A program made the translations under genes and the position numbers. The notes under the pieces are model-generated. The model ran no database searches. It was not told the origin of the DNA and saw only the letters and a program-made list of their open reading frames with translations. Positions 12,101 to 25,028 of a DNA stretch of 64,000 nucleotides are shown here, in pieces. Origin of the DNA: Tubiluchus corallicola. Taxonomy: Eukaryota; Animalia; Priapulida. Numbering within the stretch: position 1 is the stretch's first letter; the number at the start of each line of letters is the position of its first letter. The stretch lies in the NCBI GenBank assembly GCA_030141605.1, contig JAQGDQ010000268.1:1-64000 (forward strand), in the 5' to 3' direction.

Positions 12101-15100
12101 ATTCAACAGTAAACTGCAAAAACAAAACTTAGTTTAGTTATGTTCAACTTAGCTAAGAGATAATGCAGAATGATAGAACATGAAAAGTAATAATTTAAGA
12201 TGCACAGATAAGAATTTCATTGTTTCAGTTGAAAAAAAATTGAATTTGCAATTCAAGTTATAGACAAAACAATTACCAGCAATACCTGAGATAACACAAA
12301 GAGATCATTAGCTGAGCATAGAACTGGGGTGGAGCGGGGATTATCATCATCATCATCTTGTTTGCATAGTTTCATCCTCTCTCCTTCTCTGGCTAGAGCT
12401 GCAGCGGCAGTTGCCGCACCAGGTTTGAATTTTGGCTTCGGACCTCTCTTTCTCTCACCCGGCATTCCTTTCCGATGTCTCTTGACAAGTTTATTGCCAC
12501 CAGTACCCTTGAGCAATAACCACATTATATGATAAAGTCCTTTTAACATTTATTTGTCCATAAGTGTGGCATTTAACTTACCATCATCAAATCAGTTAAA
12601 TCAATTATAATTATTACACTTATAACCTCACTCTAACACAATTCTATTGCTCTTGAAAGAAACTCGTAATTCTGCAAGCTATTGGAGCTGCAACATAAAG
12701 GACATCCCATCTGAAACTTGCTTATAACTGACTTTTTGTCAGACACTTTTTCCAAAGGGAACAATCATGTTGGGAAGTTTCAACTTAGTGTTTTTAAATA
12801 TGCTGATTATACTAGTTTTCCAGCTTCAATTCCTATGTATTAAAAACCCTATACAGCATAATATATTGCTGTACATCCTACCCAGCTTCAGTTGAGATAT
12901 ATAGCATTTTGCTCATTGTGTTTATAGTTTATAAAAGAAGCCAATATACTATACAAGTTTAAATTAGAAAACCAAAAGTTGAAAATTATTAAGCCAATTT
13001 GTATAATTAGTTTCCCCTCGCAAAATTTACTGCTAAAATCAACAGGAAATCAGGAACAACCGGATTTGGAAACACATCTAAGCTCACGTCCTCCCCACCA
13101 ATGCATCACATCTTACCCACGCCTTTAATGAAGGCCCTACAAAAGAATTAATAATTGGGTGTGACGGCAGTAGATGAAGGGGTTTTTCTAACAACTTGTG
13201 TAAACGCCACCTCTAAAATACAGAGAAAGATATTTTTTCAAATGATATTAAAAGCTTTTGGAGAATCTCACTGTAATTTCACAGAAAAGGTCCCGATCAC
13301 AGCTTATGTTCCAGTTCTCACTTCAAGGATCTGAACTGCAAATATTTTGCTACTTCCTTCTCTATTACTGTCAGGTTGGTTAAGCATTTTTACAGACTGG
13401 CGGGACATTATTTGCACAAAGTGCAATTATGAATTCAGCACTTCCAAAAGCAAATGTTCCTCAGGACTGCAACACAAGCCGATAATTTAATTAAACAAAT
13501 GCAGCACGTGATGTAACTTTATGATGAAGTTATGAGAAAGTAACAGCATTCCTGGTAGCAGTGCACAACAAAATGCGAAACATAATTAAAATAAATAATG
13601 AATACGGCAATTCGATGGATTAATGAAATAACCCATTCCCAGTGGGGTTAGTACATTCCCGTGAATGAAACCAAGACTGTAAATTGTGAATGCAGCTTAA
13701 GTAATGATCTAACCAGACGACAACTGCTGAACACTGCAAATACCGCACACCATGCTTATCTTATTAATATGTTCCCATCATCGAAACCATGATGGCATTT
13801 GCAAAAGTAACATGAATAATGATTTGCCAAAAACAGCAAATGCTAAGAAGCAGGATGCAGCAAATATCATCCATATGTTTTTAAACTTCACGGTTTATTT
13901 TGTTATCTTTTTACAAGCCAATTATGGTACTGTTGTACGTTTTCCAGAATATACTACTTCAACGTAAGCTACCAATGTAATATTAATTGTTATAAGCCAA
14001 CTAATAACTTTTGTACAATCTGGTAATTTGGTTATGATGACCTTTAGAAAACTTTCATGGCCTTGGCAATGCAACTAATGAACAGCTTGAATGTGGGGGG
14101 GGGGGGGGCTGAATTTTGCAACGTCAAAATTTACCTAAACTTTGGTGTAAGAACATTTCATTGTCGACATACACAGCGAAAATGTTTAACGGTTTCCATG
14201 TAAACAACAAGTAATTCGAAGAAATCTGGTATCTTTGGTCCAACAGTGTCAAGACAGATTAACACTTAACTTAGTGTTATCATTAACAGCGAAAAAGTCT
14301 AAACAAGCAAAGCCCACTTGCAGCAAGTTGCAAAAGTCCACAGCGAAAAGAAGATTATCAAACCAAATTTTGAGACTCTGACCTTTACCGCAGCCCCAAC
14401 CAATTATTTTCAATTTCACAAGATCTGAAGACAAAGTGGTGCTCTACTGCACAAACTGCAACTTTCTATTGTTAAAACTGTAACAGAGATGCAAATACGA
14501 AAAAACACCTACAGATGAAAAATGTAAAAGTCATAACTAAATTCAGCTCATCCTGATAATCTCTTTTTACGTAATCGCAAGCCTGAAGGGCAACAGTTTG
14601 TCAAAATAATATAAAGGAACAGTAATTTGAAGAAAACTGCGGCAAATAAAATACAAAAATGACAAACAAAAAACAAAGCAGCAATAAATGCCAAGTAGGC
14701 ACCTAATGCTCTGGAAATGATGCTGTTTTGAATTTATTGGCACAACCGTAAGAGAAGCAGGCGCAAGCGTTCGAAAATTTACTTAAAAGCACCTAAAAAT
14801 AACATAGCTGCTAAACAAGCTTGAAGATCTACTACTATTAACAGACACATTTTATTCAAACTGGCCAAGCATTACAATGAACTCGCATCCAAATGAGCAC
14901 ATAGAAGTACTCTGGAGCATAATGAAAGCATAACAATTCACACCACTTTCAAGCAAAAGAACAGTTTATTGTTTTCTACATAAAATACATTTATATACAG
15001 GAAGCCATTAGTTTTTTTTTGTTTTTTTAAAAAACTAAGAGGAAGGAAGGGGTAAAATGTCACAGGACACAGTCAAAAACTGGTATGTCAATGTTTGCCC

Positions 15101-18100
15101 ACTAAACAGAAAGATGACAAACTCTCAAAAAGCAATTAGGAACTAAGTTGCTGAAAGTCGTAAAAACACACCTTCGGTCGTCCTACTCCGTGCTTTTTTC
15201 TGGCAATGATCTGAGGTTTGCCCATTCCGTGACTTGGCCTGATTCCCTCGTATTTTGTTTGATTTGCTGCAGCATCCAACTGAGCCAGCTGCTGTGCACC
15301 CTTAAAAAGTATCAATAGGTTTAACGAAAAGATTCTCTTTGCAACTAATGATATTAATGAATTTAGATCAAACAATTTTTCCTAGTAAAATGTTAGCATG
15401 TTTAACAAAGTGTTTAAGCTAAACCAGGCTAATAGCACCTAATGCAATGTATACGTTATGCATTTCATGAACAGTTTGTTGTTTTGAATTGTGGAGAAGA
15501 ATCAGAGATGGTGTCTGTTTGCATTGTCAGCAGAATAGGTTGGATTGCTTAAATATAAAATAAATGATTCATAGACATGGAATAGTAATATGTGTACATA
15601 ATAACTGGTAAGTACCTATATAGTTTGAATCATAAATAAAGATTACGTTTTAAGCCCAGGAGCAGATAATCAACACGACGCTGCTGTAATAATCAAGCTT
15701 AAAGAGTTGTCCCAAATTTTATGCATTTGTCAAGTTCAATCAAGGTGTAAGTACTGATCATACCTTTTCAAACGCATTCAAGTCGATGTCCATACTGTTA
15801 ACAGAGTTATCACCAAGTGACATGAGTGATTCTTGAGAACTATTCAGTGCATCATCACCTAAATGAATTTTCTTTTGTTCACCAAGAGATCCAGCATCAG
15901 CACCAGATGCTACAAAAGTATAGGCACACAGATTAAGATTATCCTTTTGTGGTATGAGCAACTAAGCTTAAACACGTTTTAAATATTTTTTCCTTTTCCT
16001 ACTATTAGAATGCCAGACTTGCTTTATTACTATACTATAAAAAATAATGCTAACGCCAAATAGCCTAGTAAAGTTAACGATTTGTAGTTTTAGAATTACT
16101 GTCCTAGAAGCACTCACCATCTAGTTTGAAAATTTCAAAATCGTCTATGCTTTGTTTGGTGTCTCCAATATTGAACATTTCTGTACTGCCTTGCGAAAGA
16201 GCAATTTCAGCTTCCAACTACAAAAAATCTCAGCATTAGTGCTATAAATATAAAAAAATAGTCACAACAAAAAAAGAATAGTTTGCTACAACTTTTAGCC
16301 AGATTTTTGTAATTTTTTTATATTCTACAAATTCATTTTATGAGTAATCATATCAGATAAGAATTTGAAACAGCACTGCAGAATTTTGAAGCTAGGTGTC
16401 ACACAAGAGGTGTCACGCTAACTAGTAACACAAAAAAATCCCGGAGAAATGAAGTCTCTTACCATGCTCACAATCTCATTAGGATCCCGATTCTTGCAAA
16501 CTGGACAAATGTAGTCAAGAGTTGGTTCCTCTTCCCGACTTTGTTGGAGCAATTCCAGTTCTGGATCACACTCACCGTGTATATGCCTTGATAAAAACAA
16601 GCCACAATTTGAAAAAAGAAGCAATTCTAATACATTCTGCTTATAATGCTAGAGATATCTAAGAGAATATTAAAAATGATGAAAGACAAACGAGACAAAT
16701 TTATTTGGGAAAATTACAAATCAGACGTACATTTTAGCATCGAGTCACAAGCTTCATTAAAACACACAGAAATAACTGCACAGAAATCCATTCAACAGAT
16801 AAAGAGACTTCAGCTGATTGGATATTTAGCAATAAAATAAAGCGTCCTGAACTTAATATAACAGTACACTGATAAACCTTTCATAAAATTATGTCATTTG
16901 ATTTCATATGCAACACCTGTCTTAAAAATTAAATCAATTCAGAAATGAATAGATTTATGTGAGGAAAAACATAAAAACCAAAAACCATGATTCATCAAAC
17001 AAGGAAATACTATTAATAATATCAGATTTATTGTTTCTTAAACTTAATATAAAACAGAAACCACAAGAAATATACTGAAAATGCTGCAGTACAAAAATAT
17101 TAATATAAAAATGTTGTTTCCTCTTACTTGCCTACTTATACGTTTTACAGTTTTAATTACAACAAATCACTAGTTAAATCTAACATATCATTTGAAGTAC
17201 CATACTAGGCAAGCACCAAATACAAAACTTAGAAACTCACTTCTCGCATAAGCTGCACTGAAACATAGCCTTCTGAGTATTGCAATGACGATAAGCTTTT
17301 CCACACATGGGACAGTACAAGCCCTTGTTCCGCTGCTGATAGCAACTGTCACAGATGGAGTAATTCAGATGCCATCGAGAGCTGGGACCGCTTCCGGGTG
17401 TTCTGGAACCACAGTCACCGCATACTCTGCAATTCTGAAAAGAAAACAAAGTGAGTGTTAAAGCAATTCTACCAAAGTTTTTTATTTTAGTGTATATTTT
17501 TAAACATTAGCTAATTACTAAAATAATCCTAATATTAAAACAGAAAAAAATTGCGAAGCTGCAAAATGCTCCTCGGTTTTCATTAGGTGGAAAAAAGTTA
17601 GAACGGGAAACCACATAAAAATAATAAATTAATTTTTTAGGTTTCTTGTATTATTTTGCCTTGCACCTAAATGGTTTGACAACTCTTTACTGTATACACA
17701 ACCTCTGGTGTCTGCTAGACATATAACAAAGTTTGTGTTTCTCTGCTAGTTACAAGTGGCCGGTGATACTGTTTCTGCTTCTGTTTTTTCCTGTGCTTTT
17801 ATTTGTTATGCCTCTATGATTTTAATATGTGAGTACATCCTTTTTTAAGTGTGGTATTTTTATCTGCAAATAATGTATATAAAAAAATAATTTTAGCGTC
17901 TTTATATGACATTTTCCTTTTTTACTTTTTCCCACCTAATAATAAACTGCAGAGGCAGTTTGACAACATCTTGCCTTTTCACTGTTTTCACTAACATATT
18001 TTTTAGTATTTATCATTAACAATTAAATATGCAGTACACAATAGCTAGTCGAGAAATCAAGTAAGGCTGTTAACACTAACGTAAGGGCTAAATGTAGACT

Positions 18101-21100
18101 GAAACTGGTAGTATTGAACAGAATGTAGGTAGCCTTAAACATCAAAAACAAGACTGTACTACAGTTACCAAATAAACTAATAGCATCATTTATACAAGTA
18201 AGCTCCAACTAGTATAAACAAAAAGCAATATTACAAGAACTGTCACTCTAATATTTTACAGTAACAAATATTACAGTAAAAAAATTTACAGTAGTAAAAT
18301 ATTTAATCATTTTTTATTTCAGTTTAAGAGATTCAAATTACGTTTTAAGTCGATCAACCATTCAAAAACTATTCCACCTGTAAAGCTGCAAACAGCACAG
18401 CTGTGAACATAAAGACTCTTGTTTACTCATATAACAATCTTCTAAAACACATTCACTTAAAAATGTTAAGTTCTTACCAAGGCCGTGGAGTCGGTACATT
18501 ACACTCCTGACTCCGACTCCTGGAATTTTAGAAGTTGGAATGCTGACTCTGACTCATAAAATTTTAGATCCAACTCCGACTACTAAAATTTTAGGACAGT
18601 CAATTCTGACTCCTGCCTTTAAGTAATAGTTTGTAATACTCTCAACGTTTAGCTACAGTGGCATTTCATCACTACTTCTTATGCTCGAAAAACAGTCTAG
18701 CTGCGCAGACACCAATACGAAAGCGTCCCAAAATGGGACGTTATGCATAAATGCATTTAAAGTTAAAAGTAACAGGAGTCTGAGTTTGTCTATTTTTTAC
18801 CAATTTTAGCACCGACTGCTCTAACAATAAGTGTACTCTCGAGTACCGACTCCAAAACCCCAAGTTTTAACAACTCCGACCCCCGCTCCCCTGGACTCCA
18901 GGACTCCGACTCCACAGCCCTGATTCTTACACAAGCCATATTGTTATTACTTCTAAAGAACACAATAGTGCTCCCGACATCTTGATTATTTGGATATTAA
19001 AAGTACTACAGTTTTGGCGAGACAAGTGCAAATTGGATTACACCACACACTTTTTAACAACTTGGTTATCAATACCTTACATTTCCAGCCATTTTTTGGT
19101 ATGGTTGTCATGACCGGTTTCAGACAGAACGTGTGGTAACCTTTATCGCATGTATCACACACTAGCATCTTGTTGTCATCACCTGGTTGCCTGCAGGTCT
19201 GACAGATCTTACACTCCGGACACTGCCAGCCAGCTCGCACAGCCGGGTCAACCATAACCGGTGGATCGAGACAGTTACCGTGGTAATGCTGCCCACAGCT
19301 GGTGCAGAACAACTGCTGGGAAATATCTCCTGCGGACTCACACACAACACATAATGCTTCAGAATCAGCTGAAATGCATGAAATCAATGTTGAAAAGCAA
19401 AAATCCACCATTGTCAAGACTAAATTACATTTGTAACTCAGCTGCGTATCAGTTTTAGTGAATTAGTATTTGATGGTTATATCTGTTCTGTGAAGCAAAA
19501 ATGCACAAATGTACAATGAAATGTAAACCTAATGCAACACATTTCTTACAGCCTGACCTACAAAGTGAAGCTACCAATGATTACCAATGATTTTGTTTGC
19601 AATTACTTTACACTGATTAAAGATGAAATGGCACTATTTTGCAACAAACAAGAAAACTTAACAAACAAATATATGTGCAAATCTGCATCTAGCTGCTTTA
19701 TTTATCAGCAATGCATTGGAGACAAGGCACATACATTCACAAAATCATCTCACATTTTATATGAGCTTGTTTTAATACCACAGCTTGATTTTCGAACTTA
19801 TTAGTATCAAAAATACAGAAAAACTCACAGCACCCATCAACTGCCATCAAATTACAGAGAAATCTGAGATAAATTGCATTGTTATTCCCCTTAAAGTAAC
19901 CACTTTTTATTATAATAAATAAAGTAAATATAATACTTTATCTTATACGGCCACATCTAAGCATACGGCAATGCTAAACCTTACATTAAGTTAATTCAAG
20001 GTTAATGCCTCAAACAAATGCAGCAAACAATAATTACCAACATTAACAGCCTCAGCTAGATGATCTGGACACAGTAACGACATGGTTTTTATGTCCTGAA
20101 ATGCCCCACTACTGGCTGCACAGGGGTAATGATAATTTTTTTCGCACTTCGGGATACGACACAAGATCGTCGCACCATATTTCCGACAGTAATTACATTT
20201 CTGTAATGAAAAGCAAAATGTTAAAAAAGCATATGTAAACCTTGGTATTAAATACAATAGTTTGCAAGTCTATCATTTAATGCAATTAATACAGTAAACT
20301 ACTATAAAACAGATATTGCTAACACATAATGGTATATGAAGATACAAACCTCATTCATTCCATTATAAACAGCTTTGTCTACATTAAGCAATGTATAGTC
20401 TTCATTCTGACAAACCCCTTCAGACCAAGCAGCACAGCAGTGGTGACACCACGTATGGCCTAAAGAAATATTATACATAAATGATACAATTCGGATATTT
20501 TAAACACTGATCAGAGACCAGAGATCTCTAACCAGATATTGTTCTGCTCATAACAAATTTTTCTCTTTTTCCGCATAAATGTGGCAAGTATAATATTCTC
20601 ATTGGTACCATCTCAACGAAACTGTTGCATAAGCGAATATTCAGGTTAATGTGAGAAGGCTCATTGGATGTGTGCCAGGGATGAGAATGACAAATTGCAA
20701 AAAACTCTGAAACAGGCCGGGGGGCGCCCAATTGCAATTTTGTGACCATAGAGAGCATCTGTAAGTGGACTTAAAATATCAATTACCTTGTTTCATGCAT
20801 AATTTAAAATACCCAACTATCAAGGATACGCGATACATATGATCGTGAAGCTTCAAAAAATTAACAAATTTTATTTTGTACAATTTTGTTGCCTATATTT
20901 CATAAATTATAAAATTAAACTTGGCTTTATTCAAACTACGCTTTGGTATTTTGGTTGTTTGTGTCTGGAGGCCTCAAAGCTTCACATTTGTCAGCAATGA
21001 ACATATGCCGCATTGCCGTGAAAGGCATGCTACAAATCCTACAGATTATCAAATAAACGATATTTAAGCTTCATTTGAACTATTTTAGCCAAAATTTTTC

Positions 21101-24100
21101 AGCGATTTTTAACATCTAGGAGATAAAAGGTAAGCTCGAAAAAATGCTACTGAAAGTTTCGGTAATGATTTTGATGAAAACTAGGTTCAACCCCGAAAAT
21201 TTTTCTCAACGAATTTATGCGATTTACAAAAATTGCACTACTAGTCTTCCAAAAACTCGGAATTCTGCGTATACGCGGAAAATTCTCATCCCTGAGGTTT
21301 ACAAAATAACTATAACTCAAGACATAACTCTGTCTTGATGGGCTCAAAGTTCCTATGCAAATAATCAAAAAAAGTGCATGCACACAAGGAAACGTTACAT
21401 ACAACAAATCATGTCGAGCATTGTCATCAAGCATTGTTACCTGTAGGCTCAAATAAAAAAGCAATATCAACATCATCAGGATATCCAACCATGCTGAGTT
21501 CATCTACAACCTCTGCACCAAAACCCTGTCCAAATTCATCCTGTGAGCGAACATTGCGTCTTGGTGATTTACACTTTTCTCTAAATAAAAAACAAAGGTG
21601 CAACGCACTCAAAACAAATTTCCACAAATAAACATGGTCAAATTTCTTCCCACATCTGACCTTAATATTGCTCAAAATGTGAACGTGACCTAATGTGACT
21701 GCAAGGTAAGAGTTTGCTTGTAAACATAGTTTAGCAAATTATTAGAAACTCATGTTTGAATTTAACATTACACTTTAATATAAGTACATAACATAAGTAT
21801 TCAAATATATAAAATCGCCATTGCCAAGCAATTTAAAAATAAACATTATAAGTTAACAATGCCACCTATGCACAACACCAGCAACTAGTGCAATGATATA
21901 GGATTGCCAGCTAATGATGTGGGACTACAACTGACGTTTCTCATTTCAGGCAGCCAAGGTGCCTGTGTATGACCACTATTTCATTAAATTTTTGTTAACG
22001 TCCATAACATGTTATAATGTCGTGAAAATATATACAATTATATTTTAATAATTGTATTTTCTCAACCAACTAGTCAAAAATAAGTGTACATGGTGACGGA
22101 TAATGCAAAGCATACCAGTTGTTCAATAAATACTAAGAACCGACAGAGATAAAGCAATTTACTATTTGTTAATTGGCCCAGTAACTGCATTATTCAACAA
22201 ACATTAACCATTTGACATACAAATGCCTGAATATTCTAATATACATTTGTATAACAAGTTAATAATGACCAAAATATGTCAACCAACCTTGGCTTAGTTG
22301 GTAGCCGCTGCTGACGAAATGTCAAATGTTTAGGACTTCTTTCACAGACTGTTTCTTTCTCAATTTCGGGTGATCCTTTTTTACTTCTATTATGCGCTCT
22401 CTTAAAAACATTGAAACCGGGAGTGGGTTCGTAACGGGTCATATCACCCTGTCCAAGCAGACTCTTTTCTCCACAGTTGCACAGCGCACACTTTTGATTA
22501 CTAAACAAATATTAAACCATTTTACAGGTAATCTAGTCTTAGCTTAAAGGAAACAGCTTTTGCAAAAGATTATAATTCAATTTCAGCTTTAATAAAAAAA
22601 TGCATAGAGTTGCAAAGGCAGAGCGTAGAATAAAAAACTATAACTTATACAAACTGTAAGTTGCCTTGTAAGTATGAGATAAAAAATAAAACAGAACACT
22701 ATACAGTAGGAAATTTGCATTTTTTCAAGTATAAAAATTTTCTTTTTTTACACTTAACAGATTTTTTGCGCAGCATTAGAACATATGTTATTATGTGCGC
22801 AACAGTGCAAATGAAACCTATAATTCAGGATTAAGGGGTACTACTCACTGAACAAAATAAGTACTAATATCATGTAAAAAGGATTACATTTTAAACTAAT
22901 CTCGGGGAAGGCTCACATTTTTATCAAACATACTCAGACAATTTAACTTCAAATTAGAAAATTTATACATACAAAGGACACGACAACTCTGGTATAGATA
23001 AATGCATGTCACAGAGATTTTAATGACATTACAATGACTGTATTGTAATGCAATCTCATTTCAGGTGTAAATATAACGTCAGGCCATGTTATTATTCACT
23101 GTTCGCTATTCCGTTTCAAACCTTATTGTAATATATATTTGCAGACTTTGACTAAAGGATAATCCCTGCACACCAAAAATAGGCCAACTGTCTTTTCCCC
23201 TCAAATAATCATCTCACTGCTGGCTCCCGAAGTTCTTCTGAACTTTAAGAAACCATGCCCCAAGGAGCTATTTGAGTCTTAAGATTTAACGACACAGCCA
23301 TAGCTCATGTTACTCATCTATATACTGATAATACTTTAATTTAAATTAAAAAAAACATGGCAGATTCATTTTAAAAACACTCCTGTTCTAGATGTCAACT
23401 ATCAAGGATTTTGAATGAATTAATAACTGATGTTAATTGTACTAATTTGTTAATTCTAGTAATTCAGAGTTTGTTTCTAACCAACACTTACCTTTCGGGT
23501 CTAGAATCATCACCCTGTTCGCTGGCGCTAAATATTTCCGTTGATACCGACTGCTCTCCCAATAAGCTCCCAGAATCACTAAATACAACATCGTGAACCT
23601 CACTAGTCGAAGCATCCTGGAACTCGGCCTTTAACTCAGCATTTATGTAAGGATTGCAGAGTTCAGAAGATAACGAGATGTCTTCACGTGATTTTGCCTG
23701 CACACTAGAAAGCTCACCTCCACTCATGGTAGAGATAGGTCTAGATTCTAAAGGTCCTGTAGTTGGCAGTTGCGAAGTAAAAGTAGAAATCGGAAGAGCT
23801 GCTTCGTCTGGTTTTAAAGACGACAAAGTTGGCATAGGTTGCGGTACTCTCACTTTAATCCTAAAAATCAAGAAAATTTTAGGCATTTTTACTTGATCAT
23901 TATGTCACTAAGTGAAACCACAGTTTGAATTTGTGCATTAAGGAATGTGCAAAGCAACACCACATATAATTAAAAGGGGTGACTTTAACTAAATAACTTA
24001 TGCTAAACTCACAATTAATGGTCAACATGATATACCAGAACCTTTAAAAGCTTCATTATTAAAAATTTTGATGAATACATATTTATTACTACAAAAAAGC

Positions 24101-24634
24101 ATGAATTTTATTGGAATTAAGGTCTGCCAGTTATTTTTTTTAAAAACTGATTATTCGACGGTTTGTAATCCCCAAAATATATATCTTTTGGATTTCTACT
24201 CTGCAAGCAACAGTAGAGCAAAGTTTTGAATTTACAGAATAAGGTGCTCAGAATATATTTGTAGTTATCGCTCATTAACTCATGAACAAAAAAAATCAAA
24301 CAGTGCAATATGCTCTTCAATTTCACAGAATTTTACATGCAATTTAAATTAGTGATCATCAGTCTTACTTTTCTATCTTCTTCTTTTGTACTTTAGGAAC
24401 TGGAGAAGCGCCATCCTTCCGTGGTCTACCAGGACCCCTTTTCAGGTTTTGTGCAGATCCCGGAAATGTACAGTCACCTGGCGTGCCTTCGCATCCAGCA
24501 GTACCTCCAGCACTGTCGCCTTCTGCATTCGAGATAACTTCTTTTTCAGGATTACCTTCTAGAGGAAAATCTACACCTCCTGAATGCTCTTCTTGTGAAG
24601 ATTTCTCATGACTGTCCGGAGCTTCAGTGTCCAT
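8996..24634 (-). CDS. KMT2C: Histone-lysine N-methyltransferase 2C/2D (MLL3/4-like), N-terminal part; 17 coding exons, gene apparently continues beyond window start
   Basis: GT-AG exons join in frame (about 1035 codons). Motifs recognisable from KMT2C: AT-hook KRGPGRPRK, ePHD (CALCNCGEKSLLGQG...HHCCAAWSEGV...YHYPCA), PHD doublet, MGKPQIIARKKHGVGRPK, and second PHD cluster (DMCYSCGSLGRGEEGRLIAC...KGWRCLDCTVCEGCG...). HMG/FYR/SET domains are not in the window. Confidence 0.93.
9646..9810 (-). CDS. KMT2C: KMT2C/D coding exon 16 (PHD; not in the ORF track)
   Basis: CVVCLQCGSTTPGVGCLWQENYTKCGPCASLASCFVCEGDYEENDLIIQCTNCD; phase 2-2. Confidence 0.93.
10063..10192. mobile_element. 130-bp MITE-like element with 33-bp terminal inverted repeats
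   Basis: aagcctcccttttaaactgtggacaagcgattt versus rc of aaatcactggtccacagttcaaaagggaggctt (30/33 identical). Confidence 0.7.
10936..11117 (-). CDS. KMT2C: KMT2C/D coding exon 15 (PHD)
   Basis: ITKVILTKGWRCLDCTVCEGCG...[31 protein letters not shown]; phase 0-2. Confidence 0.94.
11890..11994 (-). CDS. KMT2C: KMT2C/D coding exon 14 (PHD; not in the ORF track)
   Basis: DMCYSCGSLGRGEEGRLIACAQCGQCYHPYCVDKK; 105 nt, phase 0-0. Confidence 0.93.
12286..12507 (-). CDS. KMT2C: KMT2C/D coding exon 13 (basic NLS-like stretch, pre-PHD motif)
   Basis: KRHRKGMPGERKRGPKPKFK...DDDDDNPRSTPVLCSANDLFVLSQ; 222 nt, phase 0-0. Confidence 0.85.
15172..15300 (-). CDS. KMT2C: KMT2C/D coding exon 12
   Basis: GMGKPQIIARKKHGVGRPK resembles the vertebrate KMT2C GMGKP..GRP motif; 129 nt, phase 0-0. 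Confidence 0.85.
15764..15909 (-). CDS. KMT2C: KMT2C/D coding exon 11 (linker)
   Basis: SGADAGSLGEQKKIHLGDDALNSSQESLMS...FEK; 146 nt, phase 1-0. Confidence 0.82.
16118..16217 (-). CDS. KMT2C: KMT2C/D coding exon 10 (linker; not in the ORF track)
   Basis: ttttttgtag|LEAEIALSQGSTEMFNIGDTKQSIDDFEIFKLD|gtgagt; 100 nt, phase 0-1, bridges the neighbouring exons. Confidence 0.82.
16463..16586 (-). CDS. KMT2C: KMT2C/D coding exon 9 (PHD end)
   Basis: HIHGECDPELE...YICPVCK; AAG acceptor, gtaag donor, phase 2-0. Confidence 0.88.
17241..17434 (-). CDS. KMT2C: KMT2C/D coding exon 8 (zinc finger/PHD)
   Basis: NCRVCGDCGSRTPGSGPSSRWHLNYSICDSCYQQRNKGLYCPMCGKAY; 194 nt, phase 0-2. Confidence 0.92.
18478..18922. 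mobile_element. hAT-superfamily MITE
   Basis: TIRs CAAGGCCGTGGAGTCGG / CCGACTCCACAGCCCTG; repeated GACTCC subterminal motifs; 8-bp TSD gttcttac / attcttac (7/8). Confidence 0.85.
19076..19368 (-). CDS. KMT2C: KMT2C/D coding exon 7 (tandem PHD fingers)
   Basis: CVVCESAGD...CTSCGQHYHGNCL...WQCPECKICQTC...CDTCDKGYHTFCL...GWKCK; 293 nt, phase 1-0. Confidence 0.94.
20038..20200 (-). CDS. KMT2C: KMT2C/D coding exon 6 (ePHD)
   Basis: KCNYCRKYGATILCRIPKCEKNYHYPCAASSGAFQDIKTMSLLCPDH; 163 nt, phase 0-1. Confidence 0.92.
20350..20459 (-). CDS. KMT2C: KMT2C/D coding exon 5 (ePHD; not in the ORF track)
   Basis: GHTWCHHCCAAWSEGVCQNEDYTLLNVDKAVYNGMNE; 110 nt, phase 1-0. Confidence 0.92.
20863..21110 (+). 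repeat. Dispersed repeat, copy A (homologous to 46325-46575)
   Basis: Collinear shared blocks aacaaattttatttt...gcctatattt...ctggag...atgccgc.ttgccg...tttgaactatt.tagccaa. Confidence 0.7.
21441..21580 (-). CDS. KMT2C: KMT2C/D coding exon 4
   Basis: DELSMVGYPDDVDIAFLFEPT; 140 nt, phase 2-1. Confidence 0.88.
22288..22500 (-). CDS. KMT2C: KMT2C/D coding exon 3 (ePHD pre-PHD zinc knuckle)
   Basis: NQKCALCNCGEKSLLGQGDM; 213 nt, phase 2-2; donor gttggt. Confidence 0.88.
23492..23860 (-). CDS. KMT2C: KMT2C/D coding exon 2 (Ser/Pro/Glu-rich linker)
   Basis: tttttag acceptor, gtaag donor, 369 nt open, phase 2-2. Confidence 0.8.
24369..24634 (-). CDS. KMT2C: KMT2C/D coding exon 1 (start codon, AT-hook)
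   Basis: Exon acceptor before 24731; in-frame stop upstream of ATG at 24634 (MDTEAPDS...KRGPGRPRKDG); donor gtaag after 24369, phase 2. Confidence 0.8.
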
Positions 24635-25028
24635 ACTCAACCCCGGACTATAGTGTCAGTTGATGTCATCATTCGTATGACCTCCTTAGATGGCATAAAT
24701 GGTTTTACTAAAGCCAGAGACCAACCACTACCTAAAAAGAGAAACAAACATAATCGTTAATTAAGGTTGACGCCCATGAATAACAGTTAGTAGTCAAAAA
24801 TTGTTTTCTGTATTGTCACACGTTACACACACTAACGACTTCCATGAAGAAAATGGGTAACTAACACGTAGAATCCTATCGTATGATAAAGAATGAAAAG
24901 TTCAAAGAAATTTGCGAAGCTTGCAGAGTACAAGCAGGTGTAGGCGTAAACTCGATTTCAAAAATAGCTCCATTATCCTCTACCACGCTCTTTATAAAAT
25001 CCGAAAAAATATCATTCATAAAGCTTAC

